From Pelagomonas calceolata (lineage: Eukaryota): a stretch of 64,000 bases of DNA. Each line of letters opens with the position of its first letter. The first letter of the stretch is position 1. The translations under genes were made by a program, and so were the position numbers. The stretch spans positions 1,860,001-1,924,000 of the forward strand of contig CAKKNE010000002.1 of NCBI GenBank assembly GCA_918797485.1. The letters are read 5' to 3'. Positions 1 to 11,634 of the stretch are shown one piece after another. The notes beneath the pieces were generated by a model. The model was given only the letters and a program-made list of their open reading frames with translations, did no database searches and was not told the DNA's origin.

Positions 1-866
1 CGACGACGCAGTCGCCCCTGCACGACGTCAGCGAAATTAGTAGAAACCACGCGGCGGCGCCCGAACTGCGGTTGCCGACGATCCCGTCACCAGCAAAGCT
101 CGTCGAGGGCCTCAGCCGCGAGCAGACGGCGGGCGCGGTGTTTGCTGCGTTCGTCGCCGTGAAACTGGGCCTGGGCCCGGCCTTCGCGCAACTGACGTGC
201 GTCGCGCTGGGCCTGGCCGTCTTCCGCGTCGCGCGGAAAGTCGCCAATTTAGACGACGAGGGCGCGTTCCGGGCGGCCTTTTCTGCCTCACTATGTCTTG
301 CATTCGTTATCGCCTGCGTCGGGGTCACTGCCGCCGACGTCTGCGCTTTGTTAGCATTAGGAGCGGCGGCGACGAAGCCTCCACAATCATCTTTTACTGG
401 AGACGCTTTGAAGACTGTATTGAAGGCCGAGCGCAAGGCGACGCGAGGCCCGAAGCCGCGGGACTTCTGGGGCAAGCTGCAGCGGAAATTCACGAGCGCC
501 GTCGACGACTTCTTTGCGACTTTACAGGATAGAGCCGCGGACGTGCGCTTTTATGATTGTGATTTATTTATGGTCTGTAAAGTCACACCACCGGGCGCGG
601 ATCCCGTGTGGTTGGTGGGAGCGTTTTATCAATGGCACAACGCGAACGCGGTCGCGGTCTACGTCAACCGGTGGTTGGCGGACTTTGCTTCTGCGCACGC
701 CGCGGCAACTAGAAGGAGAGGTGCGGCCCAACAGATGCTCATCCGCGTGCCGCCCGGCGCGCGCGCGGGCCAGCGCTTCCGCGCGAACACGCCGCGGGGA
801 GACTCGATCGAGTTCGTCGTGCCGAACGGCGCGGCGGCGGGAGACGTGATCGTGGTCGCGTACTGA
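1..866 (+). CDS. Hypothetical membrane protein (5'-partial) with C-terminal V-x-V-P-x-G beta-domain
   Basis: The frame is open from the window start to TGA 864-866. It has several hydrophobic segments and a C-terminal IRVPPGARAGQ...FVVPNGAAAGDVIVVAY motif. Confidence 0.65.
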   Translation, partial: TTQSPLHDVSEISRNHAAAPELRLPTIPSPAKLVEGLSREQTAGAVFAAFVAVKLGLGPAFAQLTCVALGLAVFRVARKVANLDDEGAFRAAFSASLCLAFVIACVGVTAADVCALLALGAAATKPPQSSFTGDALKTVLKAERKATRGPKPRDFWGKLQRKFTSAVDDFFATLQDRAADVRFYDCDLFMVCKVTPPGADPVWLVGAFYQWHNANAVAVYVNRWLADFASAHAAATRRRGAAQQMLIRVPPGARAGQRFRANTPRGDSIEFVVPNGAAAGDVIVVAY

Positions 867-1025
867 TCTGATCCCCTCCTCGCGGCTCTTCGGCGAGGCG
901 CGCCAGAGCCCGCGCCCGAGCCCGAACCCGAGGCGCCCGCGGAACGACCGCCTTTGTGTGACTAATCTTATTTTGTGTATCGCCGAGAAAAGAAGTCACA
1001 CACTGCATGCTTAGGTCACACCGTC

Positions 1026-1919
1026 CTAGCCGGCCGGCGGCGGCCGCGGCACCGGCTTACGACGCGCTGGCGCCGGCGCCGGCGCGCCGAAGACCGCCCC
1101 AATGTAGTTCGCCGCCGCGGACAGCTTCTTGGACGCCATGTCGGACACGCTCGAGTACGCGCCGTCGCCCTTGGCCGCCTCGGCAGACGTGTAGGGCTGG
1201 CGCCGCCGCGCCGTGCGCGGGGCCGGCCGCGGGCGCGGCCGCGACGACGTCGTCGTCGTTGTCGGCGGCGGCGGCGGCGGCGAGTCGGCCTTGCGCGGTT
1301 CGGCCGTTGGCGGCGCGGGCGCCGGCGCCGGCACTGGCTCGGTGACGACGGGCGGCACGCTTGCGCTGCGGCGGCGCTGGGCGCGCTGGTCGGCGATGAG
1401 CTGCCGGCCCAGATTCGCGAGCTGCGCGGACGAGAGGCCGTCCGTCGGGATAGACTCCTGGGGCGGCGCCGACGAGCCGCGCCGCCGCGGCGGCCGGGTC
1501 GCGCGCGCCTCGTCCTTGAACTCCTCGGCGCCCTCTCCTCCTCGAGAGCTGCGCCGCCGCCGCCGGGACTCGCGCCACGGGACCTCGAAGTCGTCCGACG
1601 CGCCGCGCGACACGACGCGCGTCGGCGCCGCGCGGCCGCGGCGCACCTTGCCGTCCTTTCCTAAACGCCCTTCGCGCTTCATCTGCCTCCGCATCGTCGT
1701 CTTCTTCAGTACTAGACCGTCCCGCGCGGCGGCGCCCGTCGTGTTGTTGCGTCTCCGATGCCTCGACACGATGTCGTCATAATTATAATCGTCGGCGTTC
1801 TGGGGGCGGTTGCTGTCGGCGGACCGCTCGCTGCGCTTCGCGAGGTAGCCCTCGAGGGCGTCGTCCCTGGAATCGAAGCGGCTCTTGACTTTTGGTTTGC
1901 TCGTTAAGAGGGTGGACAT
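1026..1919 (-). CDS. Hypothetical low-complexity basic/Pro-rich protein
   Basis: 297-aa ATG ORF flanked by AT-richer intergenic sequence. No recognisable domain. Confidence 0.55.
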   Translation of the reverse strand: MSTLLTSKPKVKSRFDSRDDALEGYLAKRSERSADSNRPQNADDYNYDDIVSRHRRRNNTTGAAARDGLVLKKTTMRRQMKREGRLGKDGKVRRGRAAPTRVVSRGASDDFEVPWRESRRRRRSSRGGEGAEEFKDEARATRPPRRRGSSAPPQESIPTDGLSSAQLANLGRQLIADQRAQRRRSASVPPVVTEPVPAPAPAPPTAEPRKADSPPPPPPTTTTTSSRPRPRPAPRTARRRQPYTSAEAAKGDGAYSSVSDMASKKLSAAANYIGAVFGAPAPAPARRKPVPRPPPAG

Positions 1920-2121
1920 GGTGCTGGGCTTTTTGTCTCAGCGCGGCGGGGTGCCAACAATGGCTTGCTGGGCTGGGCAGCAGCTCCGCAGCGTCGGCGC
2001 GCGCTTTCGATGCCTGGCAGCGCCTGGGGGGCTGTGGAAGCCCTTGCAATGCCGCGGTAAAATTCCGGGTCGGCTGGTGCGCCGCAAAAAGCCGGTGAAA
2101 AGCAGGCTCTCAGCAAGCTCT

Positions 2122-2143
2122 CTAGTGTCTTTATGCCGCTAGC
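2122..2143 (+). promoter_or_regulatory. Recurrent upstream motif copy
   Basis: CTAGTGTCTTTATGCCGCTAGC between divergent gene starts (1919 and 2258). Confidence 0.6.
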
Positions 2144-2257
2144 AAGCACGGGGCTTGGCCAGTCAGTACGCCGTGAAGTGGCCGACAATCAAGCCGGTTG
2201 CGCGTTAAAAATCTCCAGTGCTCCTCAGTGCAGCGTCCGCCGAGCAAAAACGCACAG

Positions 2258-3115
2258 ATGATGCACGCCGCAGGAGTGTGTGTGCTGACAGCACTGCGTG
2301 CAGCGGCCCTCACGACGCCGCCGCCGCGCACCGCACCTCGGACGCGCCTCGCGGCAACCCCGCGCTACACCGCGGATTCTTTCCCGTCGGATTTGGCGGC
2401 GACGGACCGCGTGCAGCAGGCCTACGCAAGCGCGCCCGAGTCCGCGAGCTTGCTGCCGCCCGAGCTCGTGCAGTTCGGCACCGGCGCCCTCTTGGCCTAT
2501 GCCATCTACCTGGGCCCGGACTGGATCCTCGCACCACTCGGATGGGAGACGAATATACGACCGGGCCGGGCGGCGACGGACGTATTGGGCCAAGTCATCG
2601 CCCCGGACTCGGAGTTCGCCCGCGAGCGCCAGGCCGGCTTCGACGCGGCGGCGCCCGTGACGGTCCTCGGGGCCGCGGCGCTGCTGTTCCTCTGTTTAGG
2701 CTTCGGCGCCGAGGCGGCGCTGTGCGACGCGCTGGGGAGCTCGACGACGTTCGTCGGCGCGTGGGCGACGTGCGCATGCATCGCCGGCTCGGTCTACGAG
2801 GTCGGGCGGCCCGTAACGCTGAATAGGGAGGAGGCGATGGAGGAGGCGACGCTTGAGGAGGCGTTCGCCGACTTTGCCGAGCGGCGGTTCGAGCAGGCGC
2901 CCACGGCGGCGACGAACGTCATCGAGATCACGCGAGCCTTCCGGCGGTCCGCGCGCGGCAAGGCCTCGAAGTACCGCTCCGCCGAGGCGTCGGTCGCCGA
3001 CGTGCAGATCGAGAGGCTGGCGAAAAGATGGCTCCGCGAGCGCGGCGGCGTCGTCACGTCGAGCGGGTTCCTGAAGGGCGTGCGCCTCTCCGACGAGCCC
3101 GACGTGTTCCGGTAA
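2258..3115 (+). CDS. Putative plastid-targeted membrane protein of unknown function
   Basis: ATG at 2258. Signal peptide (MMHAAGVCVLTALRAAAL) then an R/P/T-rich transit-like stretch and about 3 hydrophobic helices. Confidence 0.7.
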   Translation: MMHAAGVCVLTALRAAALTTPPPRTAPRTRLAATPRYTADSFPSDLAATDRVQQAYASAPESASLLPPELVQFGTGALLAYAIYLGPDWILAPLGWETNIRPGRAATDVLGQVIAPDSEFARERQAGFDAAAPVTVLGAAALLFLCLGFGAEAALCDALGSSTTFVGAWATCACIAGSVYEVGRPVTLNREEAMEEATLEEAFADFAERRFEQAPTAATNVIEITRAFRRSARGKASKYRSAEASVADVQIERLAKRWLRERGGVVTSSGFLKGVRLSDEPDVFR

Positions 3116-3201
3116 CTTGTGCTGTTTTTTTATCACGCGGTATTGTTACGGTGCTGGGACTGTGGGCGGGCCCTGGGCGGGGAGACACCGCTGTTTTTTA
3201 A

Positions 3202-3227
3202 TTGCTAGTGTCTTTACATCCGCTATC
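3202..3227 (+). promoter_or_regulatory. Recurrent upstream motif copy
   Basis: TTGCTAGTGTCTTTACATCCGCTATC, about 170 nt upstream of the DOHH ATG. Confidence 0.6.
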
Positions 3228-3393
3228 GCCTAGTTTTATTAACCGGCAAAACGCAGCTGCAACGGAGCTAATCGCTCGCCAACTGGCGCCTGCTGCACAT
3301 CAGAAGCACGTCTTACAACGCACAGCTCGAGCTGCAAAGCTTGGACGCGCAGCTCTTGAGTGGTGCTCTCTCAAGCAGTGAGCTCTCCAAAAA

Positions 3394-4470
3394 ATGGCCA
3401 CATTCCAGCAACCACCCACAGAAGTATTAATCTGCAGCTTGGTGCCCGCTGCTGAACTGGAGGACGTCGGCATACAAACCAAATGCGCGTTCGCAACTCA
3501 AACACCGGGCGACCTGCCCGTCGCGCAGCGCATGCGCGCGGCCTACTGGCTCAAACACGCCTACGACAACGGTGACGACGAGGCGGAGAAACGGTCGGCA
3601 CGACGAGCGTTGGAACGAGCCGCCGCGCACGCGCCGCACGGATCGTTGCTCAGGCACGAGTGCGCGTACGTCTTGGGCCAGCTCAGGGACGCGCAGGCCG
3701 CCCCTGCGCTCCAGACGATCCTCTGCGACACGGCCGAGGACGCGATGCTGCGGCACGAGTGCGCCGAGGCGCTGGGCGCGATCGGCGAGGGCGACGCGGT
3801 GCTCGAGCGCTTGTCCAGGGACGCGAGCGAACCGTTCGAGGTGCGCCAGACCTGCGAGATCGCGCGCGACTTCTTGAAATGGAGACGAGCGGGTTCTGAA
3901 GGCGCGGCGCCCATCGCTTGTGCTTGTATGTTATCACCATTTAACTCACACGATCCCGCGCCGCCGGACCCAGCTCATGTCAATTGGAGTTGTGATCAAT
4001 TAGAAGATAAACTGCGGGATGCGTCCGCGGACATGTTCGAGCGGTATCGGTGCATGTTCTCGCTGCGGAATAGAGGTGGGGAGGACTGCGTGCGGGCGTT
4101 AGGAAGGACCCTATCTTGCGATCAGTCGTCTCCCTTGTTACGCCACGAGGTCGCGTTCGTCCTCGGGCAGCTTCAGCACCCGGCATCTCTCGAATACCTG
4201 GAGGCTTCGTTACGACGAAAAGGCGAGCACGCCATTGTGAGACACGAGGCCGCCGAAGCGGCAGGCGCGTTGGAGGGCTGCTGGGAGGCGTGCGAGAAAC
4301 TACTAGGAGAGTTTCGGAACGACGCCGACGTCGTCGTGGCGCAGTCCTGCGAGGTGGCGTTGGACGCGGCGGACTATTTTGGGCGGGCGTCGTTCGCGCA
4401 GGAGAAGGCCGGGCACTTCAACCTCGCCGGCGCGCTCGGCGACCTCGCCGTCGCCACGTCTGGGGACTAA
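3394..4470 (+). CDS. DOHH: Deoxyhypusine hydroxylase (HEAT-repeat di-iron monooxygenase)
   Basis: Four His-Glu motifs (RHECAYVLGQ, RHECAEALGAIG, RHEVAFVLGQ, RHEAAEAAGAL), plus DPAPP linker and RYRCMFSLRN. Confidence 0.93.
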   Translation: MATFQQPPTEVLICSLVPAAELEDVGIQTKCAFATQTPGDLPVAQRMRAAYWLKHAYDNGDDEAEKRSARRALERAAAHAPHGSLLRHECAYVLGQLRDAQAAPALQTILCDTAEDAMLRHECAEALGAIGEGDAVLERLSRDASEPFEVRQTCEIARDFLKWRRAGSEGAAPIACACMLSPFNSHDPAPPDPAHVNWSCDQLEDKLRDASADMFERYRCMFSLRNRGGEDCVRALGRTLSCDQSSPLLRHEVAFVLGQLQHPASLEYLEASLRRKGEHAIVRHEAAEAAGALEGCWEACEKLLGEFRNDADVVVAQSCEVALDAADYFGRASFAQEKAGHFNLAGALGDLAVATSGD

Positions 4471-4564
4471 TGTGTATTGTGTCATAGACGCCGTCGCCGC
4501 GCCCCACTCTACAAACTACGAGAACATGAACCTAGACTTGCGGGGGGAGAGGGGGATCGTACAT

Positions 4565-5557
4565 CTACTCATATTCGGGCGGCACCTTGCCGCCGCCGTC
4601 CTTGATCGCCTTGACGAGCGTCGCTTTTGCCTTGGCGCCGTACGCTCTGATTTCCGGGATCGGGACGTCCTCCTCGACCTTCTTGAGTTCCGGCAGCAGC
4701 TTGTCGACGAAGGGCTCGACGTCCTTCGCGTCGCAGACGAGCTTGCACATGTTGTCGACGACGACGCAGCACTTTCGCTTCGTCTGGACGTCGCGGTCGC
4801 GGAGACCCCTTCCAAGTACGGGCACAATAATAGCTAACGTCGGCCTGTCCACTTGCGACACGAAGGTCGTGCCCATCAACCGATCCAGAGCCGACACGTT
4901 CTCCTTGGGGTTCGCGTTCGCGCTAATCAACACGGGCACGATGGGCTGGACGTCGGGGTTGTGGATGACCGTGCAGCACTCGCCGAGGCAGGCCTTGGCG
5001 GCCTGCTTGACCTCGGGCTTCGTGTCCCACATGTTCTCGGTGACCTTGGGGACGACCTCGGGGAGGAGCTGGCCGATCTGGGTCGGCGCCGTGTGGGCCA
5101 AGGTACCTAACAGTTTCAGGCAGCCGACCTTGGTCTTCCAGGAGATCGTGCCCATGCCGGCGAAGAGGAAGGGGAGTAAGGTAGCGGCGGCGTAGGGGTT
5201 GACGGCCTGGACGAAGGCCGAGAGGCAGGCGTCGACGGCGTTCGCGACGGTCTTGACCTTGTCGTCGAATCTCTCAATGAGCGCGGGGAGGACGAGGAGC
5301 ATGTAGGGCTCGAAGTGGAGGCCGAGTTTCGTGTGGAGCGCGTGGCAGACGAGCACGGCGCCCTCGCGCGCGGCGACGTTCTTCGCTTCTCCTAAGGACG
5401 CCATGACCTTGGCGGGCAAAGCCATGGACATGATGCTCGCGACGCCCGCGGCCTCGACTCCAGAAGCGAGCTCGGCGGCGGCGGCGGAGCGCGCGTCCGA
5501 CGTCTCCTCGGACGTGGCCTTCGTGTAGAGCGCGGTGAGCGCTTCGAAGGCCGCCAT
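4565..5557 (-). CDS. HEAT-repeat protein resembling the isolated N-terminal domain of eEF3 (no ABC domains)
   Basis: WKTKVGCL, LPEVVPKVTENMWDTKPEVK, NPDVQPIVPVLI, TTFVSQVDRPTLAIIVPVLGRGL and KRKCCVVVDNMCKLV match eEF3/GCN1-type HEAT repeats. Stops after 330 aa. Confidence 0.8.
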   Translation of the reverse strand: MAAFEALTALYTKATSEETSDARSAAAAELASGVEAAGVASIMSMALPAKVMASLGEAKNVAAREGAVLVCHALHTKLGLHFEPYMLLVLPALIERFDDKVKTVANAVDACLSAFVQAVNPYAAATLLPFLFAGMGTISWKTKVGCLKLLGTLAHTAPTQIGQLLPEVVPKVTENMWDTKPEVKQAAKACLGECCTVIHNPDVQPIVPVLISANANPKENVSALDRLMGTTFVSQVDRPTLAIIVPVLGRGLRDRDVQTKRKCCVVVDNMCKLVCDAKDVEPFVDKLLPELKKVEEDVPIPEIRAYGAKAKATLVKAIKDGGGKVPPEYE

Positions 5558-6577
5558 TGTTTCGATGCCTGTGGGGGTTCGCGGTGATGCGGGCGACGTG
5601 TGGCGCGCGGCGATCGGATGCGGCGGTTTCGTGGGCGCGCGCGGCTGACCGGTTGCTGTGCACGTGTGTTACGAGTCGCGGTTGCTAGCCGCGCGCCGCG
5701 CGTGCGACGAACACAAATATTGGCGGGCGATGAAACTGCGCTGCAGCAAAAATGGATGCGCGAGCGCGCGCCGCTGCAACTGAGTTTTGTCGGCATTTAA
5801 GTACGCGTCTTGAGACCTGTTCGCGTGTGCTTAGACGCTGTTGCATTACGTTTGGCGTAGCGCGGCAGTCCGGCAAAAAGTCTATAGCCAAAATGAGTGC
5901 TGACACACGCGAGGCCCCAACGTATGTACTACAAATTGCCGATAAAGGTCCTCAAGAGACGACTGGACGCGTCCTGTGACCGATCCAGGCGGCCTTCGTG
6001 CAGATTGGCGACAGCTTGGTCGCAACGCGGCCCGCGGCGTCGTCGCGTGCCGAACTCACGGAGCGACTCCCGTCCAAGCGAAGCACCTTGCAACGGAGGG
6101 GGCGACCCGTAACCCAAGCGCCACGGGCACCGTCGCATCGTCCTCCTTGAAGTCGCGGCGTCGGGTCGTGTCGAGCCGCGCCGCGTCAAGTTGCGCGTTT
6201 CCACTCGTCCGATTTTTGCCATCGGCCACGCGCACCGCGTGGAGTCGCTCGTACGGGTCTCGCCGGGAGGCTGCCAACTGCCCGTCACATTTACGAGAGG
6301 CAGTGCATTAAGCGAAGAGGCTGTGCATCGAGGTCAAGTTGCAACCAGGGCCTCCGCAGTCACGCCGCAGAGGTATATTTCAGAGTTATCACCGCTGCGC
6401 AACGCGCGCGTGCAACGCCGCGCGACAAAAAGATTACGAGCGCTGCAACATCGCAGGCACAAGTGCAAAGCGGCGCGTCGGACCGCAGCGGTGCCGCGCG
6501 TGCGCCCGGCAATTGCTATACTGCTGCTCGTCGCCGCATTGATCCAAGTCAGCGCGGCGCGCGGCCTACGACCAAAA

Positions 6578-9500
6578 ATGTTCATCGCGAGAGCGGCGCG
6601 GCCCGCGCTGCAGCGGCCGGCGCGCCGCTGGCTCCGGGCGGCGGCCGCCGCGCGAAGCCGGAAAGGGCTCTTACAAAGGGGCGGCAGGAAGGCCGCGCTG
6701 GCGACGAGCGCCGACGTGCCGCCGGACCCCTCGACCTACGCGCGCGTCGCGCTGATCCTCGAGGACGGTTCCGTGTTTGAGGGCAAGTCCTTCGGCGCCG
6801 AGCCGCCGGCCGGGGGCACGTTTGCGGAGGTCGTCTTCCAGACCGGCATGGTCGGCTACGCCGAAGCGTTAACGGACCCGTCGTACCGCGGCCAGTCGCT
6901 CGCGATGACGTACCCCATGGTTGGGAATTATGGCGTGCCCAACAATAACGATAAAGATCCCCTCCAGCCGTTGTTGCCCCGTCGTAGCTTCGAGTCCGAT
7001 AGTATTCACGCGGCCGCGGTTATTTGCCAGGACTATTCCAATCACTTCTCGCACTGGGAGGCGACGCAGTCTCTCGGAAGATGGTTACATGATCAAAACG
7101 TGCCTGGGGTCTGTGGTATTGATACGAGAAGATTGACGAAGGTCCTGCGGGAGCGCGGCTCGATGCTCGGGCGGTTGGTGAAACTCGGTCCCGATGATGC
7201 CTTACCGACTTCCCATGGTACGGACGCCGAAGCGACTGCGTTGCGCGCTAGACATTTAGTCGACGAGGTGTCCATCACGGAGCCTATCACGTACAAGGCG
7301 CCGAACGAACGATTGTCGGTCGTAGCCGTCGACTGCGGCATGAAGGCCAACATGGTGCGCGAATTTAATGCCCGAGGCGTCACGGTGACGGCCGTGCCCT
7401 GGGACTATGATTTCTTGGACTTGCTGGACAAGTCCGACGGGTTATTTGTGTCGAATGGTCCCGGCGACCCGACGCAGTGCCAAGTGACCATCGACAACTT
7501 GAGGACGGCCCTGAACCGAGAAGGCGACGCCTTGCGCCCGATGTTCGGCATCTGCCTGGGGAACCAGTTGACCTCGTTGGCGTGCGGCGCGTCGACCGTG
7601 AAGATGCCGTTCGGGAATCGCGGCCAGAACCAGCCCGTCCTCGACGCCCTGCAGCCGGGCGCCTGCATGGTCACGTCGCAGAACCACGGCTACGCCGTCG
7701 ATCCCACGAACCTCCCGGACGGCTGGCAAGCTTTGTATACGAACGCCAACGACTTGACGAACGAAGGCCTGGTTCACACGTCAAAGCCCTTCTTCACGGC
7801 GCAGTTCCACCCGGAAGCCCACGGCGGCCCGACGGACGCCGCTTATCTCTTTGATGTCTTCGCCGATGCGTGTTCACGGTACAAAGCGGCGAGAGCGACT
7901 GGTTCTACAGTAGATCAAGCATTAATATGGCCCAAGACCATTAACGACTACACGCCGCCGGCCTACCCGAAGAAAGTCCTGTTACTTGGGTCAGGTGGCT
8001 TGTCCATCGGCCAAGCGGGCGAGTTTGATTACTCTGGTGCGCAGGCCATCAAAGCACTTAAAGAGGAAGGCGTCGAGGTCGTGCTGATGAACCCGAACAT
8101 CGCGTCGGTCCAGACGAACGTCGATCCGTCGCAGTCCCAGGAGGAGCGCTTGGCCGACAAGGGCGCCGCGGATCGGGTCTTCTTTTTACCCGTCACGCCG
8201 GACTACGTCGAAGCCGTCCTCGAGAAGGAGAAGCCCGACGCTATTTTAATAAGTATGGGCGGCCAGACTGCCTTAAATTGCGGTATCGAATTGGACGAGT
8301 CCGGCGTGCTCGCCAAGCACAACTGCCGCGTGCTCGGGACGTCGATCGAGACCGTGATAGCCACGGAAGATCGCGAAATCTTCAAGAACAAATGTTTAGA
8401 AATAGGGGAGCCCTGCGCCAATAGTATCGCGACGAACACCGTCGAGGAGGCCTTGGCCGCGGGCGAGAAAGTGGGCTACCCTCTGATGGCGCGCGCGGCC
8501 TTCGCTCTCGGCGGTCTAGGAAGCGGCATCTGCCAGGACGCGGACGAGTTAAGGACGCTCGCGACGAAGGCTTTAGCTGTTTCTCCCCAATTGCTCATCG
8601 AGAAGTCGATGCTCGGCTGGAAGGAGGTCGAATACGAGGTGCGGCGCGCGGCGTCCCTTTGACCTTCGACGCGACGCGTCTCCGTCTTCTGATGAAGGGG
8701 GTGGTCTCTTCTTCGATTTCGAGTACCGAGACACTGATATACAACACAGGTCGTCAGAGATCAACTCGACAACTGCATTACCGTGTGCAACATGGAGAAT
8801 TTTGATCCATTAGGCGTGCATACCGGCGATTCGATAGTCATAGCACCGTCGCAAACTTTGTCGAATGAGGAGTACCACATGCTTAGATCTGCCGCGTTAC
8901 GAGTCGTCCGACACTTGGGTATTGTCGGCGAGTGCAACATCCAGTACGCCTTGCATCCCGAATCGTTAGAATACTGCATTATTGAAGTCAACCCAAGACT
9001 CTCACGCTCTTCAGCCCTAGCTAGCAAAGCGACGGGCTACCCCCTAGCCTTCGTCGCGGCGAAACTGTCCATGGGCGTCACCCTGCCGGAACTCAGGAAC
9101 ACCGTGACCGGCGGCGCGACGATCATGGGCTTTGAACCTGCATTAGACTACTGCGTGACCAAGGTCCCGAGGTGGGACCTGGGGAAGTTCCAGGGGGCCA
9201 ACCGCGTGCTCGGTTCGGCCATGGCGTCCGTCGGCGAGGTCATGGCTATTGGCAGGACCTTCGAGGAGAGCTTCCAGAAAGCCTTGCGCATGGTCGACCC
9301 GTCGAATCCCGGCTTCGAGCCCATTGATGGGATGGAGTTACCCGACGACTCGCTCGAGAAGAAATTGGTTATTCCGACGGATCGACGCGTCTGGGGCATC
9401 GCCGAGGCGTTGTACAAGGGCCAGGGGTGGGATAAACACAGAGTCAGAGACCTGACCAAAATTGACGACTGGTTCCTCAGTCGCTTGGACAAGATCGCCG

Positions 9501-11494
9501 CGACCGGTAAAGATAAGGACAAGTGGGCCGCCTTGAAACCTCTTATTCAATCGCATGATGCGAAGGCTACCTCGTTACTCAGAGAAATAAAACAACTGGG
9601 CTTCACCGATGAACAGATTGCGAACTTCTGTGGTGGTTTATCTGATGACGACGTCCGTGCTTGTCGCAAAGCTTTAGGAGTGATACCTAGAGTGAAGCAG
9701 ATCGACACCTTGGCGGCCGAGTACGCGGCAGAAACAAATTACTTGTATACGACGTACCATGGGGACGATGATGACCAGTTAGCTGGCGACGCGAAGGGAG
9801 GCACGCTCGTATTAGGCTCGGGACCGTACAGGATCGGGAGTTCGGTAGAATTTGACTGGTGCGGGGTAAGTGCCATGCGCGCGTTGCGAGGCTCCGGCGC
9901 CAGAGGTGTCATGGTCAATTGTAACCCGGAAACGGTCTCCACGGACTATGACGAGTGCGACGCGTTGTACTTCGAGGAACTCAGCAAGGAACGAGTCTTA
10001 GACGTGTACGAGCGCGAAGGTATCGACACGGGGTGCGTCATTTCGATGGGGGGCCAGATTCCCCAGAACCTCGCCGGTCCCATCCACGCCGCCGGCGCGC
10101 GCGTCCTAGGCACGCACCCGGACATGATCGACGCGGCCGAGGACCGGTCGAAGTTCTCGGCTCTCATGGACGCGGCTGGAGTTGATCAGCCGAGGTGGGC
10201 CGAGTTATCTTCCCATCAACAAGCGGTGGACTTTGCGTCGGAGGTCGGCTATCCTGTTTTAGTAAGGCCTTCGTTCGTTTTGAGCGGTGCGGCCATGAAG
10301 GTCTGTAGGGACGAGGAAGGCTTGCGGGCGCACCTAGATATCGCCAAAGAAGTCAGCCAGGACTACCCCGTCGTGGTCTCGCAGTTCGTGCGCGGCGCTA
10401 GAGAGCTAGAGATGGACGGCGTCGCGAAGGATGGGGAGGTCGTCTGCTGCCAGGCGCATGAGCATGTGGAAGACGCCGGTGTTCACAGTGGTGATGCGTC
10501 TCTCTTGTTGCCTCCCCAGACTCTATCGGATTATGTCCTTAGACGTGCTAGAGAGGCCGTGCGGGAAATCGTGAAGCAATTGCAGATCTCTGGGCCGTTC
10601 AACATCCAGTTCTTGGTCGGTGGTCGTACTAGTGGTAGTAAAGATGAAGATGAATTAGATGGTTCGTTTGCGTCGATGAATGATGTGAGGGTCATTGAAT
10701 GTAACCTGAGAGCGTCTCGGAGCGTACCGTTCGTGTCCAAGGCGACTGGAGTCGACTTCGCGGACGTCGCGACTCGCGTGTTGGCCGGTTTGCCTTTACC
10801 GGATGAGGAAAAATTACCGCAACTCTTCCCGAGGGAGGGGCAAGCCCCGCAGAACTTTGTGGCGGTGAAAGCTCCCATGTTTTCATTTGCTCGGCTGCGG
10901 GGCGCCGATCCCGCGCTCGGCGTGGAGATGTCCTCGACGGGCGAGGTGGCCTGCTTCGGTCGCGACAAGGAGGAGGCCTTCCTGAAAGCGTTACTGTCGA
11001 CGACGATGAAGGTGCCCACGGCTGGCTCCGGTGACACCGTCCTTGTGTCGTTCGCGGCACCGCTCGCGCATCGCGCCCTAGGCCCGGCCTTCCAGTTGCA
11101 TGATCTAGGCTATGACTTAGTCGGCACGGAGGCCACGGCCTCGTACTTAAGGGGACGGGGCGTGCCGTGCAAGACGGTGGCCTTCCCCACGGACGACTCG
11201 ATGGTCGAGGACGCGACGGCGACCGCTCTGTTACGGGACAAGAAGATTAAGTTGGCGGTGAACTTACATGCGCCGGAATCCAAAAGATTGGAGGACAACT
11301 ACATGATCCGGCGGACGGCGGCGGACTTCGGCATCGCTTTGGTCACGAACCCGCAAGTGTTTGAGTTACTCGCGGCAGCTCTCACGCGGCACAAGAAGGG
11401 CGACATCCTCGCGGCGAACCCCTCGGACCTCTTCTCCTACTACGAGCGCGAGCCGTCGACGGACGCGTGGACGGGCGCGAACGAGTTCCACTAG
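6578..11494 (+). CDS. CPS: Carbamoyl-phosphate synthetase, fused GAT+synthetase, mitochondrial (urea-cycle CPS I/III type); exons 6578-8638 and 8750-11494, ~1601 aa
   Basis: Motifs SNGPGDP, GICLGNQ, QFHPE, GQAGEFDYSG and IEVNPRLSRSSALASKATGYPLA. Arg-rich mitochondrial presequence. Splicing restores EVEYE|VVRD. No DHOase/ATCase domains. Confidence 0.93.
8639..8749 (+). other. Spliceosomal intron (111 nt, GT-AG) in CPS
   Basis: GTGCGG donor, CTGAT branch-like site and ACACAG acceptor. Removal joins the two CPS ORFs in frame. Confidence 0.9.
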
Positions 11495-11634
11495 TCGTGC
11501 GCGCACCCCGCTCTCGAGCGGAACCCACACCTATCCATAAGCTCCCTCACGCGCGCCTAACGACAAAAAATCTATCTAGCACATTACGCGCGGCGGGCGG
11601 GGCCCCTTTTGGGCGGGGAATTGGGGGAGTCGCC

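Noticed and set aside
8573..8783. CPS apparently split into two genes or broken by a stop
   Set aside because: A 111-nt GT-AG intron explains it and restores EYEVVRD.
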